A stretch of 64,000 nt of DNA from Candidatus Calditenuaceae archaeon HR02 (GCA_002898395.1 BEHE01000001.1:91182-155181); one strand, 5' to 3'. Shown: positions 10,442-21,296, numbered from the stretch's first letter. Program-made: numbers and translations. The notes: generated by a model from the sequence alone, not told the origin.

Positions 10442-11512
10442 GTGCTGAAAGAGTCCAAGTTAGCTTATATGCTTGGCGATAAGAATTACCCTTATTTAAG
10501 GGTTGAACCAACAGTTAAATATGCGGATAATAAATACGTGTGGTGGACAACATTGCTTGAAGTAATCGACCTTAGAGTTTATTACAAGTCAATTTTTGGA
10601 GACTACAAGTCTGTGGATGGTGTATCACTCTCGGTCAAGAAAGGAGAGATATTTGGTATCGCGGGGGAGTCTGGATGCGGTAAATCTACTTTGGTAGACG
10701 GGATATTGCGCCTGATTAGACCCCCCGGGTATATTAAATCAGGTAAGGTCTTCTTTGAGGGCATAAATCTCCTCGAGCTGGATGAAAGTAGAATAAATAA
10801 AATCAGATGGAGCAGGATATCATATATTCCCCAGGGATCTATGAATTCCCTTAATCCAGTTTTAAGAATTGAAGAGCAGGCGACTGATGCCCTTATTGAG
10901 CATTCTAATCTGACTAAAAATGAGGCTAAGAGGGTCATAGAGGAAAAACTGGGGGTGGTTGGATTGCCTAAAGAAGTTTTACGCTCTTATCCGCATGAGC
11001 TGAGTGGGGGCATGAGGCAAAGGGTCGTAATTGCCATGGCTATTGCTCTTAACCCAAGTCTCGTCATAGCAGATGAGCCAATAACAGCTCTCGACGTAGT
11101 GGTGCAAAAATCTCTCCTAAAACTGTTAAAGGACCTTCGAGATAATTACGGGGTTACATTGATATTTGTGTCGCATGACATGGCTGCTCATGCTCAACTT
11201 GTAGACAGGATGGCGATAATGTACGCTGGAAAAATTGTTGAGGTGGGTGATACAGAAGAGATTTTCTATAACCCGCAGCACCCTTACACGAAATTATTAA
11301 TTTCCTCGATTCCGAGGCTGGAGAAAAAAGAGATAAAAGGGATACCCGGTATTGCGCCGAGCCCTCTCAACTGGCCTAAGGGTTGCCGCTTTCACACCCG
11401 ATGCCCCTGGGTCATGGATATATGCACTACTCATGAGCCTGAGATGATCCAGATTAATGGAGGAAGGATCGTGGCTTGTCACTTGTATGGTGAGAGTGGA
11501 AGGCAACATTGA
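10442..11512 (+). CDS. ABC transporter ATP-binding protein (DppD/OppD type)
   Basis: Walker A GESGCGKST, signature LSGGMRQR, Walker B LVIADEP. C-terminal Opp-type extension with Cys motif (GCRFHTRCPW..C). The N-terminal extent is uncertain. Confidence 0.85.
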   Translation: MLKESKLAYMLGDKNYPYLRVEPTVKYADNKYVWWTTLLEVIDLRVYYKSIFGDYKSVDGVSLSVKKGEIFGIAGESGCGKSTLVDGILRLIRPPGYIKSGKVFFEGINLLELDESRINKIRWSRISYIPQGSMNSLNPVLRIEEQATDALIEHSNLTKNEAKRVIEEKLGVVGLPKEVLRSYPHELSGGMRQRVVIAMAIALNPSLVIADEPITALDVVVQKSLLKLLKDLRDNYGVTLIFVSHDMAAHAQLVDRMAIMYAGKIVEVGDTEEIFYNPQHPYTKLLISSIPRLEKKEIKGIPGIAPSPLNWPKGCRFHTRCPWVMDICTTHEPEMIQINGGRIVACHLYGESGRQH

Positions 11513-12510
11513 CAGACCATCTTTTAAAATTCGACAACGTGTCTATGATATTCAAAATTGGAGGCGGTTTAGGCCTTTTTGGAGGTAAACGCGTTGTAGC
11601 TTTAAATGATGTGTCCTTCACAATTCCTGATAAGCCAGGGATAGTGGCTTTAGTCGGTGAGAGCGGCAGTGGAAAAAGTACAATCGCGCGTCTTGCCCTA
11701 GGATTGTTGAGACCAACAGTAGGTCAAGTATTATATAGAGGACGAGAGATATCTGAGTGGCTTAAAAGCGATAAATATAGGTTCAGAAGAGAGGTACAGG
11801 CTGTTTTTCAAGACCCCTATGGCATTTATAATCCATATTACAAGGTAGATCGCGTCCTTTATCTTGCACTACGAAAACTGATGCGCATCAATGATAGAGA
11901 GTATGCCCAGTCATTAATTGTTAATGCCATGAAAACCCTAGGAATGAGACCGGAAGAAGTTCTAGGACGGTACCCTCATCAGCTAAGTGGGGGTGAGAGA
12001 CAGAGGCTTATGCTTGTTCTCTCATTGTTAATAAAACCGCGCCTACTAATTGCTGACGAGCCGGTTTCTATGATTGACGCTTCTCTTAGAGCCATCTTTC
12101 TTGAGAACCTTCTGGAATTGAAAAAAACACTCGGCATATCATGCCTTTACATCACACATGACTTAATCACTGCAAACTACGTGGCAGATGAGATTATTGT
12201 ACTGTGCCACGGAAAAATAGTTGAGATAGGTGATGCGACTAATGTAATAAGAGACCCTCTTCATCCTTATACGAAGCTTCTCGTTGACTCAATGTTGTTG
12301 CCTGATCCTCGAGCCGGTAAAGCGATTGAGGCAGCAAGCATAGACGTTCGTAGCTTAAGCGAGCTAAAGCCTGAAAAAGGGTGTGTCTTTAGATATCGAT
12401 GCCCTTATGCAATGAAGGTATGTGTGGAAGGTGTACCTGATCTAATTGAAGTTGGTGATGGGAGAAAAGTTGCTTGCTATCTTTATGGGGAACAAGCATC
12501 ATCCGTTTAG
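11509..12510 (+). CDS. ABC transporter ATP-binding protein (DppF/OppF type)
   Basis: Walker A GESGSGKST, signature LSGGERQR, Walker B LLIADEP. 4-nt overlap with the upstream ATPase gene. Confidence 0.85.
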   Translation: MTDHLLKFDNVSMIFKIGGGLGLFGGKRVVALNDVSFTIPDKPGIVALVGESGSGKSTIARLALGLLRPTVGQVLYRGREISEWLKSDKYRFRREVQAVFQDPYGIYNPYYKVDRVLYLALRKLMRINDREYAQSLIVNAMKTLGMRPEEVLGRYPHQLSGGERQRLMLVLSLLIKPRLLIADEPVSMIDASLRAIFLENLLELKKTLGISCLYITHDLITANYVADEIIVLCHGKIVEIGDATNVIRDPLHPYTKLLVDSMLLPDPRAGKAIEAASIDVRSLSELKPEKGCVFRYRCPYAMKVCVEGVPDLIEVGDGRKVACYLYGEQASSV

Positions 12511-12558
12511 ATACATTTATAAATTTTGATAGTGCGGTATAAGTGGTGACCTAATTAG

Positions 12559-13512
12559 GTGAGGGGATTCTTTCAACGTTATGAAGGGAACCCCATAATT
12601 AAGCCTGACAATAAATATTGGAGATCCTTATGCACCTTTAATCCAGGTGCCATAGAACTCAAAGGTGCAGTCTATATTCTCTTCAGAGCGATGTCAGATG
12701 ATATGACATCAACAATAGGCTTGGCAATTAGCAAGAATGGACTAGATGTCATTGATATTTTAGATGAGCCAATATATTCTCCCAGAGAAAATTTTGAGAT
12801 GAAGCTGCAACCAGGCCATTCAGGGTGTGAGGACCCGCGTCTCGTCATCGTGGGGGAACGTATCCTAATGTTTTATACGGCATATGATGGTATTCATCAC
12901 CCAAAAGTAGCATATACCTGGATATACGTAGATGATTTTTTAGAGTTGGAGTGGAATTGGGCAAAGCCTAAACTCGTTTCACCACTTGATATCGATGATA
13001 AGGATGCATGTATCATTCCGCAGAGATTTAATGAAGGATTTTTCTTCATTCATAGAGCTGGAGGAGTAAATATGGTCTACGATTATATATACGATTTGGA
13101 TAACGTAGACACAAGGAAGTTGAATTCGTTTAAGCTAATGAGACCTAGGCCCGGTCTATGGGATTGTAAGAAAGTAGGATTGGCGTCACCACCTCTAAAA
13201 CTGAGAGACGGGTGGCTCACATTCTATCACGGCGTGTCCCATGATAATGTATACAGAGTCGGAGCCATATTACTTGACCTATACAGACCTTCGCAAGTGC
13301 TGTCAAGAACTTTTGAGCCTCTCTTATCACCTGAAGCATGGTACGAGAAAAAGGGTTATGTTAATAATGTGGTCTTTCCATGTGGCGCCATAATTAGAGA
13401 CGAGACGGTATACTTATACTACGGCGGAGCAGATAAATACGTGTGTGTTGCTACTGCATCTCTTCGAGAACTTATGATGACGTTAAAGGGAGAACAGAAT
13501 CAGGGTCAATAG
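12559..13512 (+). CDS. GH130-family glycoside phosphorylase/hydrolase (beta-mannoside type, PH1107/DUF377-like)
   Basis: 317 aa with YEGNPIIKP, FNPGAIELKGAVYILFRA, GCEDPRLV, FYTAYDG and LYYGGAD, typical of the five-bladed propeller GH130 family. Confidence 0.75.
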   Translation: MRGFFQRYEGNPIIKPDNKYWRSLCTFNPGAIELKGAVYILFRAMSDDMTSTIGLAISKNGLDVIDILDEPIYSPRENFEMKLQPGHSGCEDPRLVIVGERILMFYTAYDGIHHPKVAYTWIYVDDFLELEWNWAKPKLVSPLDIDDKDACIIPQRFNEGFFFIHRAGGVNMVYDYIYDLDNVDTRKLNSFKLMRPRPGLWDCKKVGLASPPLKLRDGWLTFYHGVSHDNVYRVGAILLDLYRPSQVLSRTFEPLLSPEAWYEKKGYVNNVVFPCGAIIRDETVYLYYGGADKYVCVATASLRELMMTLKGEQNQGQ

Positions 13513-14543
13513 ATTGTCACTGTTTTTCCAGTCTTTGCAGAGACATATGCAGCTTCTAATATCTGCATTACATGGTGTCCTTCTTCTGGAGTGCCAATTG
13601 GCTTTTTGTTATTCAGTATGCAGCGTATGAAATGTCTATGAGTATGCTGTGGCTCCTTCTCTTTAGGTAAATTTGGATAAGACCACCCTATATTTTCGCT
13701 ATAGATGGCGATGCAGTGTCCTAAGTAGTTTATATGGATGGTCCCCTTGTCACCGTATAACGATGTCGTATTCTGACCTGGGACCTGCGTCCAGCTGGAC
13801 TCAGCTAGCGCAAGAGTACCATCCTCCATCTCAATCAATATAATACTATTGTCATCCACCTCTGATGCCTTACTTAGAGTAGCTGTAAATGCTGATACTT
13901 TCCTAGCCCTTCCTAACATATAAACTATCCTAGTAACGGAATATACGCCAAGATCTAGTAATACACCACCATGAGCTTTCTCAGAACTGAAAAACCATAC
14001 ATCCACAGGCTCTCCGAACATATTAGCAATTTCTGCTTGATACTTCTCAGGGCCACCGTGAGATGTTCGCGCTTCAGCCATGCATATTTTGCCTATTTCA
14101 CCGGTTAGTAAGACCTCTTTAACGTAATCATATACTGGTGTGTCATAGTATATGAATGGTAGAACCATAATTTTTAAGTCGGGGTTTTTTCTTGATGCTT
14201 CCACTATTAGGAATGAGTCCCTAGCATTTGTCGTCATGGGCTTCTGGATTAGGACATGTTTATGGGCCTCTATTGCATCTATAGCAATCTTCGCATGCGT
14301 GGGATGGGGTGTCGCCACTATCACCGCATCTAGATCTTCTTTCTCAAGCATCTCTTTATAATCTATATACCAATGCGCTATGCCGAATTTTTTTGCCGTA
14401 ATCTCTGCGCGTTCAGGCTTTATATCGGATATAGCAACAATCTCAGCCTCTTCAATCTGAGACAGTTCGGGGAGATGAAAATGATTTGATATTCCACCAG
14501 CACCAACTATGCCGAACCTTACCTGCTTCATGGAGATACACAT
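13506..14543 (-). CDS. Gfo/Idh/MocA-family oxidoreductase
   Basis: 345 aa with N-terminal Rossmann VRFGIVGAGGISNHFHLPEL, the EKP-like motif LIQKPM and a C-terminal alpha/beta dimerisation domain. Confidence 0.8.
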   Translation of the reverse strand: MCISMKQVRFGIVGAGGISNHFHLPELSQIEEAEIVAISDIKPERAEITAKKFGIAHWYIDYKEMLEKEDLDAVIVATPHPTHAKIAIDAIEAHKHVLIQKPMTTNARDSFLIVEASRKNPDLKIMVLPFIYYDTPVYDYVKEVLLTGEIGKICMAEARTSHGGPEKYQAEIANMFGEPVDVWFFSSEKAHGGVLLDLGVYSVTRIVYMLGRARKVSAFTATLSKASEVDDNSIILIEMEDGTLALAESSWTQVPGQNTTSLYGDKGTIHINYLGHCIAIYSENIGWSYPNLPKEKEPQHTHRHFIRCILNNKKPIGTPEEGHHVMQILEAAYVSAKTGKTVTIY

Positions 14544-14544
14544 G

Positions 14545-15588
14545 CTAGAGTGGGAGATTTATAATAGTGCCTCGCTCAACAGATTGGAGACCGGCCTCGA
14601 GAACCTCTTGGACAGCCATGTTAAACTTGGCATTCAACGGCTTTTCTATCTCTTCATCTTGTAAAACCTTCTGGACAAAGTATTCGGGGCCATTCCTGTA
14701 TCCTTTTGGTGGTGTTGGCGGCTTTATGGACTCGCTTCGAATATCCCTAAAATCACTTGAATTCTTAACTTGCCATACATGGACTTTTCCATCATCCGTG
14801 ACGATTATAGTTCCATCGGAGCCATTGATGATGGGCCCATGTATTGGATATGACCCTATTTGAGACCAGCTTGCCTCTGCAACTCCTATTGCGTCGTCGA
14901 ATTCCATCAATAGTATGGCGTTATCCTCAACAGGAATATATTTACGGACGAGATTTTTGGCGGTTGCCCAGACTCTACTGGGTAGCTTATCTAGAAACCA
15001 TAAAGTAATATTAACGCCGTAGCAACAGTAATCCATTAATGCTCCTGCCCCGTTTAGCTCTTTGTCATATAGCCATCTATAGAAATATGGCGAACAACCG
15101 ACTTCGCGGGGGCCAGCATGAGCACCTCTATATCTGATATGGAATATATCCCCTATTTTCCCCTCCATAGTAAGCTGGAGTGAATATTGTATGCCAGGAT
15201 TCCAGGTAGTAGGGTAGTTGACCAGCACCTTTACACCATGGCGCTCTGAAGCACTTACAATTCTACGAGCTTGAGATAAATTAGCCGCCATAGGTTTTTC
15301 CATTATCACATGTATACCATTCTCTGCAGCTAGCTCAACTACATCAGCGTGCCTTGCATTTTCATTGCAGACCAACGCAATATCTACTTCTTCTTTCTCA
15401 AACATTTCCGAAAAATCACGGTAGATTCTCCTAATACCATATAGATTTGAGGCTCTCTCAAGTAGCGGAGGGTTATAATCGGCAGCCGCTACAATTTCAA
15501 CAGATCCGATCTGTCCGAATTGGTCTAATAACCCCCAAACATGATCATGTACAAGCCCCGCAACACATAGTTTAAGTTTCTTAGTCAT
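14545..15588 (-). CDS. Gfo/Idh/MocA-family oxidoreductase
   Basis: LKLCVAGLVHDHVW Rossmann start and the MEKPM motif. I trimmed the track ORF (14545..15672) to the ATG at 15586-15588 (MTKKLKL), because the extra 28 N-terminal residues look non-native. Confidence 0.75.
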   Translation of the reverse strand: MTKKLKLCVAGLVHDHVWGLLDQFGQIGSVEIVAAADYNPPLLERASNLYGIRRIYRDFSEMFEKEEVDIALVCNENARHADVVELAAENGIHVIMEKPMAANLSQARRIVSASERHGVKVLVNYPTTWNPGIQYSLQLTMEGKIGDIFHIRYRGAHAGPREVGCSPYFYRWLYDKELNGAGALMDYCCYGVNITLWFLDKLPSRVWATAKNLVRKYIPVEDNAILLMEFDDAIGVAEASWSQIGSYPIHGPIINGSDGTIIVTDDGKVHVWQVKNSSDFRDIRSESIKPPTPPKGYRNGPEYFVQKVLQDEEIEKPLNAKFNMAVQEVLEAGLQSVERGTIINLPL

Positions 15589-15778
15589 CGAGGGAACGGC
15601 AACTACGCTAAATAAAAAGTTTATACTCCATAAATAAAAACATGACACTAAAAGTCTCCTCATATACCGCATAAAATAAGCTCATCCAAAAAGGCATGAT
15701 ACACTCAGCGAGATCTCTCACAAATAGATCGTCAATACTATGGACATAGCTCCATTCAATTAACAAGCAGATAGGAAA

Positions 15779-17911
15779 TTATAAGCCAATGATTGATTTT
15801 TCTCCCAACAAAAATAATCGTGTCTCGTTTTGACCAATTTTTACAGTGAATTCGTTTATATCGCGTGCAACATATGTCTCAGATACAATGTCGTAGACAT
15901 TTGTAGTCTTAGGGAGTCTTATTATCTTAGTTCCGGGCTTTCTGGAGTGTATCGATAAGAAGTACTGATTTGAGTAGATTATATCGTTGTCATCGCTGTA
16001 TATGTGGACGCCGGCATACCTCGCTATATTTCTAAGAATTGTTACAGGTATTTTAGGAATAGCTATGAATACAGACCTCCAGTCTGAAGTCTCCTTTACG
16101 CAGAAGCCGGGCCATTCTTCGCCTGTAACCCAATGCTGATGTACTAGCAGCTTTCCAAGCACCCTTACACTAGGGTCAAGTGTGTAAAAAATTGGCCCAA
16201 TATTCGTAGATGTTCCGAAGGTCGTTACGGGCAAGTTTGATGTTATGGGGTGCTCAAAATCTGTAATTGTAATGAATAATGGTGTAGCCTTTTCGAAGAA
16301 AGTTCTAACTTCGTGGAAGCCAATCTTCATACCGGTGAGCTCCATCATAGCCTCGGTCGAAAACCCATCTTCGCTTAGAAAACCTGGGCAGAAGACCCAA
16401 ACTGCTGTTTTCCCATCTTTCTGTACTCGTTCCCTAATGGCCTTTCTTTCACTCTTAGTCAGATAAAAGGTATTAAGAAAGATGTACAATTTATATTCAG
16501 GCATATTTGGATTTGCCAAGGCTTCATGTAGATATATGTCGATTCTTGTGCCGATTCTATAGAGTTCGTGTATGAGCTGGTCGAAGACAAGCGGCTTTAG
16601 GAGTTCAGTCCCTAGTTTTAAGTGAAAAGGTGTCTCGGCGTCTATTATTACAGCAACCCCGTCACCTTTTGTAGATCTATCAAGTTTTAGACTCGCTTGA
16701 CCTAACTTTTTCAATTTCGATATTAGACGCAGAATCTCGGGATTATCATACCACCCGCCCTCTGGCCATAGGTCCATCCACCAGAGGCCCACCCCTCTAA
16801 CCAAGTTGTGTGCAAAGTCTCTCTTGTGGATGTTAAGGGTCTCGTTAAGCGTCTTAGCCAATCCATGCCTCCATGAATATGGGAAGTGGTCGCATTCTGT
16901 GAACCAAAGCTTACCATAGAGCTTGACCATATCTACTGGTGCTTGAAGACCATCAACTCCTCCCGGCCCCCTGTCGTGATATTGATATGGTGCGCAGAGA
17001 AAATCTATGTCAGGTGATTCCAACACTTTCATAAGTGCGTTATGACCCCAGTGCTGTGAGTAGTATGGGAAACCAGTAGCGTTTAGAAGGTAACCATAGA
17101 AGGCACCTACTATATGATCACGAGTGACCTGTTTTACCACTTTACAGAAGTATAGAAGGGCGTCGGCCGTGGTTTCTGATAGAAACTGGTAGTAGTCTGC
17201 GACAGCTGCATTGCGGCCAGGATCTCTGAAGAGCCCTAGGTCGCTTGACATTCTCTGCTCTTTTGTCGGTATAGTAACAGTATCGAAATCGACATCCCTA
17301 CTGCCCCACCTTTTGCGTAGAGTATCAATATCGTTTTCATATTTATTTCTCAACCATTTCCTGAAGGCTACGAGAGCTGGGCCGCTAAAATCCGGCAGTT
17401 TTCTAGTCCAGTAGAACCATTCGTTGACTCCACCTGTTATTTGAAATCCTATGAAGTGCTCGCCGTGCGGGCCTTCTATGGCATGTCTCACCAGCCTTCT
17501 GAGCGCTTCTCCAGCCTCCTTTCTCCACACGATCGAGGCTAATGAGACACCTTCCTTCTCTCCATCATCATATACGTTCATTTCATCTGAGTGGAGGTCA
17601 TACCACCATCCAGGTGGAGAGACCGCTAATCTAGGGAATAAATAACAATCCTTGTCAGCATTGACGAACGTCTCAACCTCTTTATCGAAGGCGGTGTAGT
17701 CATAGGTCTCCGGACCTATCCAGCATAGATCACGCGAGTGACTAATTATGTCGCTCCAACCCCAAGTGAAAAGATGAATACCTGCATCCCTAAACTGCTC
17801 AATATAGGCCTTAATGGGTACTGGTAGATAATATGCATATGGTGGATAGGGCTGATCGTTGATGAAGAGGGTTGGAGCACCATTATAAGGCCTAACTTCC
17901 GCATGCGTCAT
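15779..17911 (-). CDS. putative GH42-like TIM-barrel glycoside hydrolase
   Basis: 710 aa. The N-terminal half has a GH42-like flow (NGAPTLFINDQPYPP.., AGIHLFTWGW, FRKWLRNKYENDIDTLRKRWG). The C-terminal half resembles the trimerisation/GATase-like domain. Family is tentative. Confidence 0.45.
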   Translation of the reverse strand: MTHAEVRPYNGAPTLFINDQPYPPYAYYLPVPIKAYIEQFRDAGIHLFTWGWSDIISHSRDLCWIGPETYDYTAFDKEVETFVNADKDCYLFPRLAVSPPGWWYDLHSDEMNVYDDGEKEGVSLASIVWRKEAGEALRRLVRHAIEGPHGEHFIGFQITGGVNEWFYWTRKLPDFSGPALVAFRKWLRNKYENDIDTLRKRWGSRDVDFDTVTIPTKEQRMSSDLGLFRDPGRNAAVADYYQFLSETTADALLYFCKVVKQVTRDHIVGAFYGYLLNATGFPYYSQHWGHNALMKVLESPDIDFLCAPYQYHDRGPGGVDGLQAPVDMVKLYGKLWFTECDHFPYSWRHGLAKTLNETLNIHKRDFAHNLVRGVGLWWMDLWPEGGWYDNPEILRLISKLKKLGQASLKLDRSTKGDGVAVIIDAETPFHLKLGTELLKPLVFDQLIHELYRIGTRIDIYLHEALANPNMPEYKLYIFLNTFYLTKSERKAIRERVQKDGKTAVWVFCPGFLSEDGFSTEAMMELTGMKIGFHEVRTFFEKATPLFITITDFEHPITSNLPVTTFGTSTNIGPIFYTLDPSVRVLGKLLVHQHWVTGEEWPGFCVKETSDWRSVFIAIPKIPVTILRNIARYAGVHIYSDDNDIIYSNQYFLSIHSRKPGTKIIRLPKTTNVYDIVSETYVARDINEFTVKIGQNETRLFLLGEKSIIGL

Positions 17912-18099
17912 ACCCCAACTTCAAAACATTGATGAGGGCCCACCCTCTATATATTTTTCCGCGGATAAGTTAGGTACAAGCAGTGAAGACTATTACCTAC
18001 TCATGTAGCTGTAGTGTGAAAGCGTGGACAACAGTAAGCGCATTGAGTATCTGTAATAAATGCAGCATATGGATTGACATAAAAAATGACTTTAGAGAA

Positions 18100-20082
18100 T
18101 TATTTGGCTCTTCTCCTAACTAGAAGCCCAGCCGCTATCCCCGCGATTCCTATTACTATCCCTGCAGCAACTGCTGGTAAGACCCAGCCCGGAACAATCT
18201 CGACTTGGACCTCCTTTGTCACCGTCTGCTCAACTGTCCTAGCTATTGTCTGGACAATTGTTTCCCCCCTGACAACGGTTGTCCTAACCTCTGTAGTAAG
18301 TATCTGCGTCACCGTCTGCTGGCCGGGTGGCGGAGGCGCAGGTGGGGCTGGCTTAAGCTCAAAGAGTATGAAGATCAGCTGAGGCCACCAGTTATAAGGA
18401 ATAATATACATATTGTCGGTTGTAGGCCACCCAACCCAGTATTTGGTTCCGAAGACTGGGTGGAAGATTTTTTCAACAACGGGTAGGTATGGTAACTCCC
18501 TCAAGAACATCTCCACTATTTCTCGGTACAAAGGCTCATTTGCAGGGTCATTAGGATCCCTCGTCCTTAACGTGTCGACTATCTCGTCAAGTCTAGGGTT
18601 GCAGAATTGCTTACCGCATTCAGCGCCTCTAATTTTGCTGTGATGCCTTAGCGCACCTTCATAGATATCCCCAGATATCCACATACCGTGTGGGAGGTGG
18701 GATACTTCCACATCTATCCAGAAGTTTCCAGTACGCCGCATCTCCTCCCTTGTGGCAAATGATGGAGTTAAAACGGCAGCCTCGATACCGAATCTGTTAA
18801 GCTCGTCAGCCAATACATTTGCTATTAGGTTTTCAACACTCGGCGGACCCCACGTAGTTATGGTGAATGACAGCCTTGTTCCGTTTGGTGTGACCCAGAT
18901 ACCATCAGGACCCTTGGTGAATCCTAGGCTCTTTAGTAGCTCTTCGGCCTTGGCAGGATTATATTCAATCTTGTATTTCTCGTATAGATCTTTGTACTCA
19001 TATTTCTTCAACGCCCCCCAATCTGCGTGTATGTAATAGGCAGGCTTACCCTCGAGTGCAAGTGGATAAAGACTTGCCACCTTATCCTTATTTGTTAAGT
19101 ATGCAATAGCCCACCTAACCTCTCTGAGACTTAGCGGATATCGTGCCATATTGAACTGTATTCCGAAGGGTACAGGATCTGGGAATGGGGCCTCAACCAT
19201 TGATACACCAGAGCCCTTGGCAGTTCTAATCATATCGACCGTGAATAGGAACGGGATTGGTGAGTCTACATCACCTCTGAGAAAGTCTGCAAGGTCTACA
19301 TCAGCCGGCGGTGCACGCCTCCACACCACATATTTGGGGGCTGGAAACTTCCCGTGCACCGTCTTACCCCAGTAATCCTCGACGCGTTCCCACACATACA
19401 TCTTCAGATCGGGGAAGACCTTCCACAGTTTGTATGGCCCCGTCTCAACTGGTGGCCAGTTTGCAAAGGTTAACGGGTCCTTACCCTCCCAGACATGCTT
19501 AGGCCTCACCCACTCTCCGTTTGGTCCCCACATCCTAAAGACGTGGTGAAAGCGGGGGTTCGGCTCCTTCAACCTAATCTCTACTGTCAATTTGTCTATT
19601 GCCCTCGCGGATTCGACGTTCAATGATATGAAGCTGCTTGTAAAGTATTGTTTTTGCAGGTTCACACTAAATACTACATCTTCCGCGGTGTACTGTACAC
19701 CATCATTCCACTTTACACCGTCCCTGATCTTTAAAATGAAAGTTCTGAAGTTATCTTTATACTCCCACCCACTAATCCGCCACAAAATGTATTCCCCTGT
19801 TATGTAGTTAATGTACCAATCCCACTCGACTACGTTCTGATGCCAGCCCGAACCCCACTGGGTACCGCCAGGTATGAATGGGTTCGCCTTATCAAAGACG
19901 GCGGGGTCAACGTCAGTCTCGATTATGACTGCTTGGTCCCTTGGAACTGGAAGCCAAGCCGGTTGCTGGGCTCTACCAATAGGTAGTGACGATAGTAGTG
20001 AGATCAACAGAAACGTTGAGAGAAGGGCAGCCAGTACTATTTTTCTTCCATATTTCATTTCAAGATTTTTTATAGTTGCCAC
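18100..20082 (-). CDS. ABC transporter substrate-binding protein (family 5, Dpp/Opp type) with C-terminal membrane anchor
   Basis: 660 aa with an N-terminal signal/TM. After the SBP_bac_5-like body comes a Pro/Thr-rich linker (PAPPAPPPPGQQTVTQILTTEVRTT..) and a terminal TM helix plus RRRAK. This is the usual archaeal way of tethering binding proteins. Confidence 0.8.
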   Translation of the reverse strand: MATIKNLEMKYGRKIVLAALLSTFLLISLLSSLPIGRAQQPAWLPVPRDQAVIIETDVDPAVFDKANPFIPGGTQWGSGWHQNVVEWDWYINYITGEYILWRISGWEYKDNFRTFILKIRDGVKWNDGVQYTAEDVVFSVNLQKQYFTSSFISLNVESARAIDKLTVEIRLKEPNPRFHHVFRMWGPNGEWVRPKHVWEGKDPLTFANWPPVETGPYKLWKVFPDLKMYVWERVEDYWGKTVHGKFPAPKYVVWRRAPPADVDLADFLRGDVDSPIPFLFTVDMIRTAKGSGVSMVEAPFPDPVPFGIQFNMARYPLSLREVRWAIAYLTNKDKVASLYPLALEGKPAYYIHADWGALKKYEYKDLYEKYKIEYNPAKAEELLKSLGFTKGPDGIWVTPNGTRLSFTITTWGPPSVENLIANVLADELNRFGIEAAVLTPSFATREEMRRTGNFWIDVEVSHLPHGMWISGDIYEGALRHHSKIRGAECGKQFCNPRLDEIVDTLRTRDPNDPANEPLYREIVEMFLRELPYLPVVEKIFHPVFGTKYWVGWPTTDNMYIIPYNWWPQLIFILFELKPAPPAPPPPGQQTVTQILTTEVRTTVVRGETIVQTIARTVEQTVTKEVQVEIVPGWVLPAVAAGIVIGIAGIAAGLLVRRRAK

Positions 20083-20168
20083 TATTTAAGTCTTTATACA
20101 CATATTTAAAGCGAGTTCCCAGATGTCACAGCTCCACACCTCATTTTTTAAACACAGCGCACGTGGCA

Positions 20169-21296
20169 TTACTGGGCTATTTCCTTTGGTCCGAGACTTA
20201 TCTTGGTTAGGTATAGGTTTTCGTCGGGGCCGGGTGCAAGGTATATTTTGTCTGGGTATAGGATTGAGAGTTTGTTTATTGTATCTCGGACCATTGTGGG
20301 TGTTGCTATTTGGTTGTTTTCTAGTAGTCTCATGCAGACTGCCATCTCCAATAGGCTTACCTTTACGGGTCCTCCCAGCCATGCAGACATCGTGTGGAAT
20401 GTTTGGACTAGTTCTCTGTTTAACGCCTCTCTGGATGGTCTGCCTGTGTAGGGGATGAAGAGTGGGGCTAACATTGAGAAGATGTTTTCTCGGAGCCGAG
20501 ATGGCGGGTAGGTGAGTGCCTTAGCCATTACTTCTTTATGGCTTAGTATCTGTTCAGAGACTGTGTACCGCCCCCTCCTAAACCTGTTGAGTATTCCCAA
20601 GTCGACGAGCCACTCGAGCCTGGGTGGGACAACATGCCGATACTTGGCATATAGGCTACTTCTAATCCAGAGGGCCTTTGTGGCGTATTTCAGCCGCTCC
20701 TCCCTGAACCTCTTAGCCATCTCTATCTTAGAGAGAATCTCTCCTCGAGCCTTCTTCCCCGCTGCCGTCAGGAGTGATGCTAGGGCTTGAGGGTATAGCT
20801 CCTCCATGACGTAGTTCATGGCGTCTATTCTTGCGAACGCTTCGTGTTCGATTGCCCACCTAATTATGCCTGGAAGTATTAGGTAGTCTTGTGTGAGTAA
20901 TAGCCAAGTAAAGAAGACCTTATCGACTGGTTTGAGAGATATCAAATCTAGGAGCGATAACTTTGTTTCTCCTTTGAGATATGCGTCGATAGGTGATATG
21001 CTTCTTGTGAATGCGTAGACGATCCCATTCTCTCCAAGCCTCTGTGTTTGCCGATCAATGAGGCCCAGCTCTGCAGCAAATGAGACATAGTTTCTAGCCG
21101 CCACTGAGCTACGTATTAGGCCTATGATGTCTTGACCCAACTGATGCCCCTCTTCGAGCTTTTTCAAACTCTCCTCCAACACTGCAGCGATAAAGCCAGG
21201 AGAAACCTGTCTAGTGTGAGACTCTGTCTTTGCTGCGCCTACTATCAAGCGGAGGTAGCCGAGTCTGCACACCTCGCCGTGAGTCTCGAGTATCAA
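20169..21296 (-). CDS. hypothetical protein, translationally coupled to the methyltransferase (candidate restriction or effector partner)
   Basis: 375 aa, mostly helical by composition. I can see no PD-(D/E)xK, HNH, GIY-YIG or NTPase motif. Its start overlaps the methyltransferase stop by 4 nt (21293-21296). Confidence 0.5.
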   Translation of the reverse strand: MILETHGEVCRLGYLRLIVGAAKTESHTRQVSPGFIAAVLEESLKKLEEGHQLGQDIIGLIRSSVAARNYVSFAAELGLIDRQTQRLGENGIVYAFTRSISPIDAYLKGETKLSLLDLISLKPVDKVFFTWLLLTQDYLILPGIIRWAIEHEAFARIDAMNYVMEELYPQALASLLTAAGKKARGEILSKIEMAKRFREERLKYATKALWIRSSLYAKYRHVVPPRLEWLVDLGILNRFRRGRYTVSEQILSHKEVMAKALTYPPSRLRENIFSMLAPLFIPYTGRPSREALNRELVQTFHTMSAWLGGPVKVSLLEMAVCMRLLENNQIATPTMVRDTINKLSILYPDKIYLAPGPDENLYLTKISLGPKEIAQ

